Source: Moniliella sp. 'wahieum'
Lineage: Eukaryota
Length of the DNA: 64,000 nucleotides
Direction: 5' to 3'
NCBI GenBank assembly: GCA_003971905.1
Contig: RSEE01000028.1
Location: 124,001 to 188,000, forward strand
Part shown: positions 12,196 to 28,280 of the stretch, in pieces
How positions within the stretch are numbered: position 1 is the stretch's first letter
Layout: each line of letters begins with the position of its first letter
Program-made: the position numbers and the translations under genes
Notes under the pieces: model-generated
The model's database searches: none
The model's input: only the letters and a program-made list of their open reading frames with translations
Told to the model about the DNA's origin: nothing

Positions 12196-14297
12196 ATGTC
12201 CGCCGCCATCGACCACGCCCGCCAGATCTTCGGAATCCCCCCTCGCCAACGCGGCCAGGGCACCAACCCCCACGCGTACCCGCGCCCCCCCCCCCACATT
12301 GACTGGGACCAGTACACCCAACTCTACACCGAGTCTGTCCACGATACCGACAAGTTTTGGAGTCGGGTAGGCCGCTTTCCCTCCCTGCCTTGCTCTGCTC
12401 TGCTCGCCTCCTGCTAACCACAGTCCCTCCGCTGTTTGCGCCTCCCTTCCCGCCACCATCCAGGCTGCGCGACCTTCTGACGTGGGACGTGCCCTTCAAG
12501 ACGGTCCGCCACGGTGGCTTTGAGCATGGCGACGTGTCTTGGTTCCCCGAAGGCCAGCTCAATGCGTCGTACAACTGTGTCGACCGCTGGGCCTTCAAGG
12601 ACCCAAACAAGGTGGCCATTATCTATGAAGCTGACGAGCCAGGCCAGCATCGCGAGATCACCTATGCCGAGCTCCTCCGCTCCGTCAGCCAAGCGGCCGA
12701 GGTGCTCCGTCGCCTGGGTGTCAAGGCGGGTGACACGGTCATCATTTATCTCCCCATGATCCCTGAAGCTGCCATTGCACTCTTGGCGTGCGCTCGCATT
12801 GGCGCGGTGCACTCGGTTGTCTTTGCTGGGTTTTCTTCCGACGCGCTCCGGGACCGCACCAACGACTCGCGCGCTCGGGTTGTGATTACTGCCGATGAGG
12901 GCCGTCGTGGTGGCCGGACGGTGGCAACCAAGTCGATCGTAGACGCTGCACTTCAAGAGTGCCCTGGAGTGGAGCATGTCCTAGTCGTTGAGCGGACGGG
13001 CAATCAGCAAGTTCCCTTCAACCCCCAACGTGACCTTTGGTGGCACAAGGAGTGTGCGAAGGAGCGTGCCTACGCGCCCCCCACTCCTCGCAACTCGGAA
13101 GACCCGCTCTTATTCTCTACACATCCGGCAGCACAGGCAAGCCCAAGGGTGTGGTTCATTCCACGGGGGGCTACCCTGGGTGCAGCTGAGTGTCAAGCAC
13201 ATTTTCGACGTTCACCCGCAAGACAAGTTTGCCTGCATGGCCGACATTGGCTGGATCACGGGCCACACCTACATTGTCTATGGCCCCTTGGCCAACGGAG
13301 TGACCACGCTCATCTTTGAGTCCACTCCTACATACCCTACCCCTTCGCGGTACTGGGAGATGGTAGACCAGCACAAGCTCACTCAGTTTTATACCGCCCC
13401 TACTTCCATCCGTCTGCTGCGTCGGTTGGGGGACGAGCATGTGGCCAAGCATGACCTTTCTTCCCTCCGTGTGATTGGGTCCGTGGGGGAGCCCATCAAC
13501 CCGGAAGCGTGGCACTGGTACAATGACCAGGTGGGGCGTGGCGAGTGTGCCATTGTCGATACGTGGTGGCAGACGGAGACGGGATCGATTTTGGTCACGC
13601 CTCTGCCCGGGGCGACCAAGGTCAAGCCCGGTTCAGCCACGTTCCCCTTTTGGGGCATTTCTACCGTCATCCTCGACCCGCACACTGGCAAGGAACTGGA
13701 GGGGAACAATGTGGAGGGCGTACTGGCCATCAAGCGCCCCTGGCCCTCCATGGCTCGTACCATCTTCAACGACCATGAACGCTTCCTCGACACGTACCTT
13801 CGCCCATACCATGGCTACTACTTTACTGGTGACGGTGCCGCGCGGGACCAGGATGGCTACATTGGATCCGGGACGGGTAGACGATGTGATCAACGTGTCG
13901 GGCCACCGGCTGTCGACGGCAGAGATTGAGTCGGCGCTGATTGAGCATGTTGGCGTTGCCGAGACGGCGGTGGTGGGCATTCCGGACGACCTGACCGGCC
14001 AGACGATCTGCGCCTTTGTCACGCTCAAGCCTGACTTTGAGTACGATTCGAGCGAAGCGTTGATCAAGGAACTGGTGATCCAGGTCCGTCGCAACATTGG
14101 ACCGTTTGCGGCCCCCAAGAAGATTGTCTTGTGCTCGGATCTGCCCAAGACGCGATCGGGCAAGATTATGCGTCGCATCTTGCGCAAGATTGCGGGGCGA
14201 AAGCGACCAGCTGGGGGACGTTTCCTCCTTGGCCGACCCGAGCGTGGTGACGCGTCTCATCGAGCAGTTTGACAACACTGCTGCCCCTACCAAGTGA
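12196..14297 (+). CDS. ACS1: Acetyl-CoA synthetase (acetate--CoA ligase)
   Basis: Intron 12367-12463 (GTAGG...GCTAAC...CAG). Motifs: [109 protein letters not shown]. Confidence 0.97.
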
Positions 14298-15297
14298 CCT
14301 CCTCGCGAAGAGTCCTTTTGCGTTTTCACCTCGAGCATTCGTATGCTCTGATCCTTTCCTCCTCTGGAACCTGCCGCTCCCCTTTGTGTGTGTGTTCCTG
14401 GTGGCGGCATATGTGGCCGTTTCCTTAGATGGTCTCGATGATCAAAGAAATGGCACGATAGATTCTTCAGACGAGAGAAAGCGCGCGGGGGGGTGTCAGT
14501 GAGCTGAGGTACTTAATCTTCGTGTGACGCTCCCTCGCGGAGGCTGAAAACGCGGTTACACGGGAGCCAGGCAGACGATAGGTTGAAGGCGCTTCACATT
14601 CTCGTGTGGTATACGCTGACACTCAATTGGCTTGGAAAAGATCAAATAACAGCTACCTAGCTCAGGCGGAAGAGCGGTGGGCTCATAATTACTCGTGTGA
14701 CCCACAGGTCGTCGGATCAAGACCGACGGTAGCTACTTTTTTTCTTTGTGCTAGTCAGCGCGCTGTCCACATGTCTTAATTCCCGTGAATCGTTGTTTCG
14801 GCCGCGGTATAGAGATCGGCAAGGTAACGCAAGCACTCAGCGTCGTACATGGCCAGTTCCGTTCCGCCTCCCTCCTTTTCCGGATGCACCCGGTTGGAAT
14901 CGCCAGCAGATGTACTCCTACGTGTACATCGTAACTTGACGTGTGCGCAGCGGCCAGGCCCCGATAGATTTGGATCGTGCATTATACATGTAAAAACCGG
15001 TAAGCCCAGGGATGATCGAAATGGTCGTCGAGGACATCACTTTTCGATGGAAAACATATAGGTGTATCAAGTGCCGTACCCAATGAGCGGGAGCCTAATA
15101 CTTCTTTCTTTACTGTTTCGTAGAAACGCTCCATATGTGTGTGTTTGGCATCCAGGCGCTGGCCCATTTTTTAACCACTTAGATGCATCGAGGAGAGGTG
15201 GTATTAGTCTGATCAAGGACAAACGCGTGGGCCTAGCGGCGAAATGCGGCCCAAGGGAAAAGAATAAACCACAGGAAGACAAAGACAAAGTGTTTTC

Positions 15298-17593
15298 TCA
15301 AGCACGACGACGCTTGTCCAACTGCTCCTCGATGACTTTTCCCTCAATCTGGCGTTCCTCTTCCAACTGTTGCTCCTCCTCTTCCTCCGACGGCTGGCCA
15401 GTCTCGTCGACTTCCACGTGGTGCTGCGAACCCAAAGGGACGAATACAGTCCTCCCGAGGCAAGAAGTTGGTCGTGCGTGCCTTGCTCCAACACCGTTCC
15501 CTCCTTGAGGACAAAGATGATATCGGCATCTGCGATCGTCTTGAGCCGATGGGCAACAAAGAGCGACGTACGCCGTTGGCTCAGCAGCGTCTGACGAATG
15601 GAGCGCATCAGCTCCGCCTCGGTCTGGCTATCCAGAGCCGAGGTGGCCTCGTCAAAGAAGAGGATCTCAGGATTTTTAAGCAGCAAGCGCGCAATGGCCA
15701 ACCGTTGTTTCTCACCTCCTGAGATCATCAGGCCACGTTCACCCACCTGGGTCTCGTACCCTTCCGGCAACTTTTGCACAATCTCATCCAACTTGGCTCG
15801 GCGTGCAGCATCTACCACCTCTTCGTCCGACGCCTCGAGGCGGCCATAGCGGATGTTGTGCATGATGTCGTCGTGGAACAATGGCGTGTCTTGAGGCACC
15901 ACACCAATCGCACGGCGGATCGAGGCTTGGCTTACCTCGCGAATGTCCTGACCATCAATCGTGATCCGACCCGACTGCGGCTCATAGAATCGGAAGAGCA
16001 AGCGGAAAATGGTCGACTTGCCACAGCCCGAAGGACCAACAAACGCCACCTTGCTCCCGGCGGGAATGGTGAACGAGGCCCCCTTGAAAATGGGTCGATC
16101 GGGATGGTAGCCAAACCATACGTTCTCAAACTTGATCTCCCCGCTGGTGACTTGCAGCGGCGGGGCATTGGGGGGGTCAACGACATTGACATTGACGCTC
16201 TCCAAGTTGAACAGGGTCTCCATGTCAATCAGCGACTGCCGCAACTCGCGGTACACCGATCCCAAAAAGTTGAGCGGCAGGCTCAATTGAAAGACGAGCT
16301 GGTTGACCAAGACCAGGTCACCGACGGTCATGGTGCCAGCCAAGACCCCTTGAGCTGCCAACAGCATCATGATGGTCAGACTGGTGCTAAAGATGATGTT
16401 CTGCCCCGAGTTGAGCGCAGCGAGCGAGGTGGCAACCTTGACGCTGCTCTTTTCGTAATCCTTCAGAGCCGCATCGTACTTGGCCACCTCGTACGACTCG
16501 TTGTTAAAGTGTTTGACCGCCTCGTAGTTGAGAAGGCTGTCAACACTGGTCGTCGCAGCGCGGTTGTCGGCCGCATTGGCTTCACGACGGAAGCGTGTAC
16601 GCCATGCAGTGGTCCTGATGGTGAACCAAGAATAAGCCGCCATGGTCAGGGCGGTTACGCCGGCAAAGAGGGGACCACATTTGTACGTCAAGATGCCGCA
16701 TACCATGGTAATCTCCAGCGCGGTGGGCACAATGTGAAACACGACCGATGTGAGGAGGAACGAGATGCCCTTGGTGCCTCGATCAATGGCACGCGTCAGC
16801 CCACCTGTCTGGCGACTGAGGTGCCAGCCCAAGTCGAGTCGAGCAAGTGGCGAAAGACGCCGCGGGCGACACGACGGATGGAGCGCTGGGCTACATTGGC
16901 AAAGACGGCATTGCGCAGCTCGGAAAACACACTGGCTCCAATCCGAGCCATGCCGTACCCCTAAAATCGCAGCGCCAACCACGGCAAAGACGGTGGCTGG
17001 GTGGGTGGGGTCGAGGGGTAGGGCGAGGGTCTGGTTGAGGTGGTCAATGATCTCTTTGAAGAAAAAGGGGACCTGCACGTTGAGTAGCTTGCCTCCAACC
17101 AACAGGCCCAGCGCAAGCAGAACCCGGCGCTTGGTACTCCAATTGTCTTTTGGCCAGACGTGCTGCAGAAGGCGCCGGATGATCTTCCAATCCGACCTGC
17201 GCTGTTGCTGCACCGACTTGTCCTCCACCTTGTTAATCGCCAACGGGTCAGTTCGCCCATCGGAGGCCTTCGAGGTAGACGTCGGCGTGGACTTGCTGGG
17301 AGGGAGAGTGGACGCAAATCGCACGGCTAGGGTGGGGTGAAGGACGGAGCAAGGTAGGTGGACCGCCTTGGGCCCAACAGGCGGCCGGGCAGGTTGGCAC
17401 GCACGGAGCCGACCCGCGCTGGGGTGAGAGGAATGCAGCACGACGTGAGGCCGGCTGGACGTCCCCTGTTTACAGCGCGGGGCAAGGGAGGGAAACGCAT
17501 ACTCCTGCGGAGCGTGCGGGAGGAGGTGGTGGAGGAGGAAGAGGAGGAGGAGGTGGTGGTGGTGGTGGTGCAACAGGACAACGCAGGCAGCAT
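15298..17593 (-). CDS. ATM1: Mitochondrial ABC half-transporter Atm1 (ABCB7; Fe-S/sulfur export)
   Basis: [44 protein letters not shown], Walker [10 protein letters not shown], signature ISGGEKQR, Walker [15 protein letters not shown]. Arg/Ser-rich presequence-like N-terminus from ATG 17593. Ends ...DKRRRA* at 15298 after a frameshift. Confidence 0.95.
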
Positions 17594-18325
17594 GACTGAC
17601 CGGTGACCACAACTTTCAGGTCCGGGCGGGTGCCTTAGCCTTATTCCTCGGATCTGTGCAAAACCTAGGCTGTCGTCATGTCACACATCGCTGAGGCCAA
17701 GGGCACGCGCGCCGCACATTGCATGCTGACTTTGATCGGTGATACTGGCCGAATGCCCCCCCAAAGCCCTGCTGATGCTGAGCGCTCCACCGGTCCTGAC
17801 CAACGCGCTGGCCATATCCAGGCCCCCCAATGTCCCTTGGATGGCGCGACGACTGCTCCTCAGCGCTTGGAAGCTCCCTCCAGACGCCCCAGTCCAACGC
17901 AGGGTTGCTGGCCTGGTACTTGCGCTTGCGCTTGGCCCGCCTGACGCGCTCCATCCGCTCGACCACAGGCCCCCACCGCGGCAGGCGCATACTGGAGATT
18001 GCATCAGGCCGGCTGGCCGGCCTCCGATCCGATCCAAACAGGAGGCGGTAATCACGTGCTTTAGCTTGGCCGCGAGCAGGCGGGGTAATTATAATTGCCA
18101 TGCGCAGCGCATGTGCAGAATCGCCGCATGCGTTTGCGGCGACCCTTTTTGGCGTGCTCGCTTCAGGCTTCACCTACCTACCTTCCATCCGCCCCGCCGG
18201 CCGCCATACCATATGCATCGCAACTCCGCCCATGTAGCACCGCTCCGTGCCATTTAACGGTAGCCATGCCCCCCGAACCCATTCCTTCCTGCTCCCCCAC
18301 CCCCCTCCACCGAACTTCTCTCACG

Positions 18326-20091
<1,766 letters not shown>

Positions 20092-20770
20092 AGATGCTAT
20101 GGTTGTCGTGGCATGATGTTGTCCACGCTGTGGGGTCAGAGCGCAAATGGTATATGCGTGGATATGCACAGTTCGGAGGCCGAGAGCGTTCGTGTTTTTA
20201 GTAGTCTTTGGCCAAGTGTCCGGGCCAAGCGTAAAAGGGATGTCGATGATGCATGATGCATCATTCTGCACGATCAAAGTAATCAACGCACGTACTTATT
20301 GTAGGTAGCACGTGTTGTGGATACGGATGAACGCGTGGTATTGGGCACGGTTCCCCGTTCTCTTATAGATTCAACTGCATTCTCAACGAGTTCACAACGA
20401 GGTTCAACACCTTCATTATGCATGTGTTCTGGTGCCAAGCACACCAACTTCCACAGCATTGTGACATGTGTGACTGAATACTGTGAGGCTTGTTTTGTTT
20501 TGCAATTTGAGGGCGATCATTTGCAGGATACATCTTCAGTATGAAGCCTTTGAAGAGACATTGAGAGCTTAGAGACTGAGTTCAGAAATGGTCGCATCTC
20601 AGATCTCAAAAGCTAAGCACCGAGTCTCAGGCCGGATCTCAAGCCTCAGGGGCCTCAGGTGAAGTCTGAGACCTCTTCAAAAGCCGGCTGTGACATGCAT
20701 GTGAAGTTCAGAACCCGGCTTATCCGCGGAACATTGAGCCTCACACATGTATATACATCTGCATGCAGTG

Positions 20771-20809
20771 AACGTTGAACTTCAACGTTGAACTTCAACG
20801 TTGAACTCT
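20771..20809. repeat. 13-bp tandem repeat (AACGTTGAACTTC x3) containing the palindrome TTCAACGTTGAA
   Basis: Read directly: aacgttgaacttc aacgttgaacttc aacgttgaactct. Confidence 0.9.
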
Positions 20810-23624
20810 CGCACAGGTGTTGGGGGCGCTGAGCGCTGAACCTCAGCACTCAGCTTGAGTGCTGATGAGTTCAAAGAGCGAGCCCTAATATAGTCGATCG
20901 GTGGCTATTGGACCATAGTTATCGGATCCACAAGCAACAGAACGGTCCACATCTTGATGGGTATTGATGATCATTGCGTTAATCAGGCTCGCCAATCCGG
21001 CGTATGCCGCTAGTTACGATATACGACTGGGGGGGTCGTAAAACAAAAAAACACCCGATGACGATCGATATCGATGAGGTGCCACAGTTGTGCATTTTAT
21101 ATTAACCCCTAATAATATTATGTTCTCGTAGCACAGTATCCATCAGGACCTGTGTTGGTATAATCACCTGTTCTTTTAACCCCCACAGTTTCTCACTGTG
21201 GCTTTTGCGGTCGACATTAAAAGACAAGACATACCCCACAAACGCGCCAAACATTGCGTATTGTGATTTTAGTGCCTGTCTGCTCTCCTCACTCTCTTCT
21301 GTTCCTATACTACTGCCTCCCTTAGTTCGTTAGCAGAAGATACTCTCTCTTTGCACTTTTGTGACTGACGTAGCCAGCAGCCTGGTATATGCATTCGGTT
21401 ACCCCGGAGACCATGAGGATACCAAGGTGCGGCTAGGATACTGCCCTCAGCTTTGCAATTTTATTATACCCACACAAAGCCAAAATCCGCCATCTCTTAA
21501 GTATTGAAGCAAATATTGCCGCCATTCTATTTCTCCCATATATGCGACTGCGATGCAATGCACGGTACCCTCTATACGGTGTATCATTTATCCCGTCTCA
21601 GCACAATTGCGGGCCCCGGGTGTATGTTAGGATGGAGACGTGTCTCGTTTCTTCCCGCCCTTTGCTCCAATTACTGCGCATTTTACTAGTTACTGGCTTG
21701 TTTTGTCATATGGTGTACCCGCCGCCAGTGACGTGGTGGCTCCGATCCCGATTCATTTCGAAGGATGTGAACTATGAGGCTCGCTGAGCGCTGACCCAGG
21801 ACTGTTAGCAGTCGATACGAAGTCGAAGAGACGTGGATGATCGATAAGTCTTCGATCAGATATATATATGGCCGCGAGAAGGCCCGAACAGTGCGCCTTT
21901 GTGGGCCTGTGACATGCGAGGCCTATGGCTTGCGCTGCATCACGTGAACCGACTGATGATTTGCAGGCACACGACGCTTGCGTGAACCCCGGGATCTTAG
22001 ATCTTACCAGTGGCCCACTCTTCTCATGGGTGCGGCATTGGGGGAAGACACTGGAAAATGTAACCTGTGACCAGTGTGACCGAAAGTGTGGCACATGTGT
22101 GACGTGCGTGTGAGAGTCAGATCTCAGATCTGAGATGTTGATGCCACGCTGTGACACGTGACAGGGTGGCATGCGACATGCGACATGTGACAGGCGCCGT
22201 ACGTTAGGCGCGCGAGCGTACGAAAGATGGAGCAGAGGCCAGCATCCTCAGCCTGAGGCCTAGCGTTGTCGAGTGCACGTCGCCCGGGCTCAGCGCCTCA
22301 ACGTCTGCCTCTGCCTGCCCCAGCCAAGCGCGCCATCGACATCGCTCATCGACCATGCCTTTTACATGTACGACTTGGTTTCTCTGTAGCAGATTATTTC
22401 GATTGTTTAGTCTCGACTGCAGCATGTAGGTAGCGCGTAGCGCCTTTGCCAAACGAGTCGAGGGCGGGGTGGCTCGTGACGCGTGACTGTGACTCGTGAC
22501 TTAGTGACTAAGCGACTTGGAGAGAGCGTGGCGATCGTCGATCCCCCAGCTTTTGTTGGCAGCAACACGCAGCAACTTGGAACTAGTGTCCGAGTTGGGC
22601 CTGTTGACCTTGGCGAAGTGTTGTTTCGTGCTCAGACAGAAACGCGGTTACGACACGTTGGGACGCGCAGAAGCACGCCGGGCATTCGTGGTGCACCAGC
22701 ATACACGTAAACTCTGCGTGATGCTCGACGCGCAATTTTCAATGGTGCATGGTCAGGCCGGTCACAGGCATGGCGTTGGGCCGATTGAGCGACCGAGTAC
22801 TGACCGGGGTCGGTGACGTGGGGCATGTGACACGGGAGAATGGGGGCATGGGGGTAGACGGGCTGATGCATGATGGATGGTCAAGGAACAGTGCCATAGT
22901 GAGCGCTGAGCGATCCTGTGTGATGCATGATGGAGAGGGGCTCTGAGTGCCTCAGCAGATGGCCGTTGGTTTATTGCTGCAACTCTCTTCAGGAGAGCAG
23001 CCCCATGCGGGTGTCCACATCGATCGCGAAGGCCGCTTCATCGATCCTTCGTCGTCGCGTCTCCCGTGCCAAGCGGTCCAGCACGCCCAGCACGTTCAGC
23101 ATGTCCAGCTTAATCATTAATCACCAAGCTTCCAACAGGTGTTGCCAGTGCTCGTGGCCTGTCACATAGTTGACTACTAGTAGATGGGCCTGATCGTATA
23201 GGCACTACACGTACTACACTGAGGAACGAGCAACTGACTATTGACTGTCACTGGTCACCGGTCACTAGTGACTAGGAACTGTGACGAATGTGCTTGGCCT
23301 AGTCCTAGTCCCTGGTCACCGGTCACTAGTCCCTGTAACATGTAACACAAGTCACTTCTGGGGCAGTTACCTCGGTCGAGCGCCGTACAGTTATCGCCAC
23401 ACATTCGCCTAATATTAACCGCCAGTCTCCGTCAGTTGTGCTTGGTTTTCTTCTGCCCCCTCTCCCTCTCCCTCTCCCCCTCCCCCTCCCCCCTCCCCCT
23501 CCCAGCCTCCACCCCAAATAGAAAGGGCGCATTGGAGCAACAACAGTCCGCGCGTCAGCTCATCACCTGAATACACGCTCCCTCTCGCCTTTCGAGCCCT
23601 CCCCACCCACCCCACCTGGCCAAA

Positions 23625-26600
23625 ATGGCACCATATCATCATCTTTCTACCACACCAACACGCGTCCTTCCGCTGCGAGTCCCAACTACTTTCTCACTGT
23701 CCTTCCCCCACCCCAGTACGTCCCAAGCCCCACCCCCCACCCCGTCCACACATGGGAGAGATTCCCGATCAGAGGCAGATGGAGAACAGATGCTAACCCT
23801 TCATGTCGTTGTTGCTTGCCGACAGACTCTGCGCTCGGCCACTGACTCCCCAACACCCACAGTCCCGTGCCGCCCTGTTGGCGCAACCTCACACTTGCCT
23901 CGCGGGTGTCTTCTTCCCCTCTTCCCAACCTTGGGCGGACAACTTGCGATTGCACGGGAGTATGGCCTGCCCTCGATCGGTGGCCTAAGCCTCTATCGTC
24001 GATGATGGATTTGGCGCATTGGGGCCTTGCGTTGGTGACGAAGTGTGGCGCATCATGTGGGCGCCCTACTTCAGCTCTGATACCTCTTGTGCGCCATCGG
24101 AAGCCGTATTGGATGACCCTTCATCAGTTGTCAGCGCCTCCCATTGTTGCACGCATTGAGTGGGCCGTAGAACCTACGCGGGCTCATTGGTGGCATGCGT
24201 GGCTTGACAACAATGTGTCTTGTACCATCAGCTCCCCTCCCTCAAGCAACCAAGTACCCAAGCCCTGGCACTACTATCACCAGCCGGGCCTCGCTTGTCC
24301 CACTCTCGCAGTCCCAGCGTGCAAAGCAATACATCCACAGCCCAAAGTGGCACCCCAACCCCCCACGCCTCCCCAATGCCAACCATCGACGCCGACATAA
24401 GCGATGGCTGCGCGTCTTGTTTACTACCTGGCCCCCGTTCCCCCTCCTTACAAGATCGGATCACCACCTCAAAACGGCCGGCATCGACCACCTCAGATTA
24501 CCCTCTGCCAAAAGGGCTTCCCTCTCATGCCTCGCCACCCCTACCTCAACACCCTTCTCCTGAGGTGACTGCGGTTCCGGTCCCCCTCTATCACCCCAGT
24601 ATCTACCGCCTCAGCCTCAATCTCAGCCTCCACCTGAACCTAGTGTTCTGGTGCAGACCAGTACCTTCCCAACCACAGGCTTTCCGTCTGCGCCAAGCCC
24701 ACCCTCCAGATCGACTTCCTGCTTGGGTCTCTCCTTAACTGGATTGGGTGGGACAGAGGGACCAGAGAGTGATGGCGACACGACGGTGGTCTCTCGCACC
24801 CTATCGGCACAATCCACCAAATCTCCTTCTACCCTGGAGAAGGAAGGCGATGGGAAGCTCTCTTCCGCCCCCTTCTGCCTCAACCGGAGGATGGAGGCCT
24901 CGGGAAAGCAATACCCTGCTTCTGTCACCCTTGCATCTCGACAGTGCTCAATTTGACTCGGTGTCTGAGAAGAGACACTGGAGGAATTTGAGCAAGAACA
25001 GGTGCTGGCGAAGCCAGAGAAGGTGTCAAGCATCCCGGGGGATGTTCAAAAGCCGCATCAACCTCAATGCTCGGGAGACGTGTGTCATTTTATCGTTAGC
25101 AGTGCCTCTACTGCGAGCTTGCCGACTCAGAATACAGCTGGTCCAGAACATGTTCAAAAAGGATGTCGACTTCGGGAAGCGAATGGATCCTGCACACATC
25201 CCAATCCTTGGGCGAAGAGGACCAAGCTGCGGCAGCCGTCATTGGTATCCAGCCCGTTCATGGAAGCACAGCCGACCGAGAAGCATACCGGATGTGGCCA
25301 CCTTTGCTGAGTTGGGCCATACCCTTCTACTACGGAGCGAGTCGGGGCGCATACAACCCGATTTTGATCCCCTGGCGACGATCAAGAATGAGTTCGTCCC
25401 GTTGGCACCCGACTCCAACGAACATTTTCCCTTGGAACCATCGGCCTTCTTTGCGAATAATAACCCAGCAGGGCACACAATTCTCTCCCCTGCCTCGCCT
25501 TCGGCCACTGCTAATGAGGAGTTTTTCTCGGTCGATTCAACAACCCTGTTCCCCCGTGACTGCGATTCCTGCGGAGTTCAAGTCAACCGTACCCACCGTC
25601 GAATCAGAAAAGAAGCACCCCGATGGAAAGTCATTCTGCCACGGATGAACATTCTCCCTCGATTGCTGAAGAATCTAACAGCATCGATACCGACTCGTTC
25701 CCGCCGTCGAGCGAATCAACATCGTGGGGTCAAATGGTGCAGACTATCAACAACTCATGGATTATGCGGACGACACTGTCGCTTCATTTCCCGCATCCGA
25801 CTTGAGCGAAGATGACGAGCATGTGACATTGATGCGAGCGGCCCGCGCGCACTTCAGATTCCCTTGCTGTCCAACACAGCCATTGATCCAGTCACCACAG
25901 GGACCGAATCGTCTCAACCCCATCCCATAGCCCAACAGGGCTCTATCACAGTCCCAGAGATCCAGCCGAACCCCTCAAATTGTTCCGGTGACTGAGTCGT
26001 TGTCTTCACCACGGGGCGAAAGTATCCAGGACCTTCCCTCGACTGGAGAAGAAGTGGAGGATCAGTCAATCCCCCCGTCTAGCGTGAGGGGAAGCATGAT
26101 ACGGCCCACGGGCACCACAGCGCCGCATCTATCTACTCCCTGGAGGAACCATACCGAAATGCTCCCTCTTCTCTCTTCGAACCACGATTTAGCCAATCTG
26201 GATGGCTTGCCCAATCGTCTCACCTCCCCTGGTGCATCGCCATTGGCTAATCCCGAAGCAAGGATGGGGTATTCTTCCCTCGTTCCATCGTCGAGTGCCC
26301 AGAGCTATCTGTTGATGAACAACAGTCCCAGTCAATTTAGTGACTCTACTCCTATTATTGCCCAAAGTATCCAGGAGGTGGACGAATCCATCTTGTCCGC
26401 ACCGCCTTCGGGATATTCTCTCGCCCACCCGAGTTTGGAAGAGTCAGGAACCTCCTTGGACTTAACGCTCGTCAAAGGGATCAATGAGTCCAACAGCCAG
26501 GATGACGAAGGCTCGGGCACTCCTTACCGGCGCAAAGGTATTTCTTCTGCTGTGAGCCGGAGCGCTAGCTCTACCGAGGATGTTGAAGCACATTCGCCCA

Positions 26601-28280
26601 TCCCCCCTATCCTGCCCCCAAAACCAATTCCACCTTCTCCCCTAACGGTTTCACTGCAGCCGACGGCCAGCAGCCTGTACGCCCCTTCGATGGCTAACTC
26701 TGCCACGGGACCGGAGCAGAATCCTACAACGGGATCATCCCCAAATTGCGTATCCAATTCCACCCAAGCGTCTGGAGTGACGCATCATGCGCATCATGCG
26801 TTGCTCTCCACCCTTGACGGTCAAGCCGGTCAAGGGAGTCTGCACAGTTAGTCTTTTTACTCTTATGCGTGTTGATGCACACTTCCACATGTGACTGACT
26901 TTCTTTGAACAGATGGTGAAAAGAATCGCTCGACAGCTTGGAGCCCGTCGGATACTGAAGATACAATGCTGACCCTAAGCGAAACCAGCCGCTCTCTTCT
27001 TGACAAAGGCAAAGTGGACTCAACGGAGGGTTTGGGCTTAGGCTTGATTTGGGACGAGCAGGATTCGTCTGCTCAGCCTTCTTCGCTTCGGCACGACCAC
27101 GCTGTTTCGGTCTCATCGAGGATCAGCGCCCCTCTATTTCCGTGCCAACCTGGGGTGGAGTCGTCTTTCTCGGGAGAGCCCAGTCACTCCTCATGAGCAT
27201 GCCCCTCGCCACCGACGATAAGATGGAAGCGCGACAAGACCTTATCTTGAATTATGCGGCGGCTCTCCCCAAAGTCTCAGCACAATGCTGTATCTCGCGC
27301 CGTTACTTCCCCAGCGACTGGTCCGTCGCCTAGAACTTTTTCTTCTGCACAATTACCGCCACCCGCCGCCATCAACAACGATATGGGGGACACACTCCCA
27401 TCCCCGCTGTACCACCGCCCAATCCCTACGCCTCGCCCCCCTCAATACCCAAGTCGGTTCCTCTCCCACCACAAGGACCGGATGCCATGCGGCCGGGTGG
27501 CGTGGCCCTGGAACCTCACCTGAACCCGAATCCACATCGTTCTCCTCTCGTCGGCACCCTCCAGGAAAAGGACCGATCTCTTCCACCATGGGGACAAGAT
27601 TGGAAACATGCTTCTGCCCTTTCCGACTCAGCGTCCGGGCTAGGGCTTGGGAGACCAACTTCCTCGCCTTGGCGCTCCCCGTTATCACCACCACAGGCTC
27701 AGTCGGACGTGATGCCATCCCCTACACTCCACCCCATCCTGCGGGTCTCAGCCCCTCCCGCTTCGCGCGCTTCCCTCCCCACCTCGGGCTCCCACATTGT
27801 ATCACAAGTCAAACTTCACGGCGTGCCATGCATGGCATCATTGTCGACCACGTCTGTCTCTGAGCCCACCACGCCCGTCCTGGGTACCGACAAGCCCCTA
27901 TCTTCCGCATCTAGCGGCGAAGGGGAGCGATTTCGTTCGATGCTCTGGCCACTTCGAAGAGTGACCAGCCATGGCCACCTTATCCGCCCTCTGGCCGGCC
28001 GAGCGTGACATGGGACCCTACAGTGGTCGAGCGAGATGGACCTCGAGGACAAAGTATTGGTGGAACGATGAGCAAGTGGGGTAAGCCCCCCGCTTCCTCT
28101 TCTTCTTCACGAACTCGACGAGCGCTCGCCGTACTGCTTCCTCTATCCTCTATCCGTCGTACCCATACCTCGGGCTCCAACAGCCCCAGACTTGCCTCGC
28201 CCCGCTTGGACGGCTCGCCGCTCTCACCCAGCCTATCCCCTCGACTTGCCTTGGCCCGACTGTCTCAGAAGCAACCGTAA
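23625..28280 (+). CDS. Large Ser/Pro-rich hypothetical protein with a conserved basidiomycete N-terminal domain
   Basis: ATG 23625, intron about 23716-23825 (GTACGT...GCTAAC...CAG). Then HPQSRA...GVFFPL.PTLGGQLAIAREYGLPSIGGLSLY...P.VGDEVWRIMW...PIVARIEW......WW.AW, followed by about 4 kb of frameshifted S/P-rich coding-like sequence ending RLSQKQP*. Confidence 0.6.

Noticed and set aside
7253..14297. ILS1 and ACS as pseudogenes, or as targets of programmed frameshifting/RNA editing
   Set aside because: They are core housekeeping genes with intact motifs, and the indels are 1-nt losses spread across all genes, typical of sequencing error.
17519..17570. GGA/GGT trinucleotide run
   Set aside because: Simple repeat encoding poly-Thr/Ser in the Atm1 presequence; ordinary.
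20771..20809. CRISPR-like array
   Set aside because: The repeats are directly adjacent with no spacers, and the context is eukaryotic.
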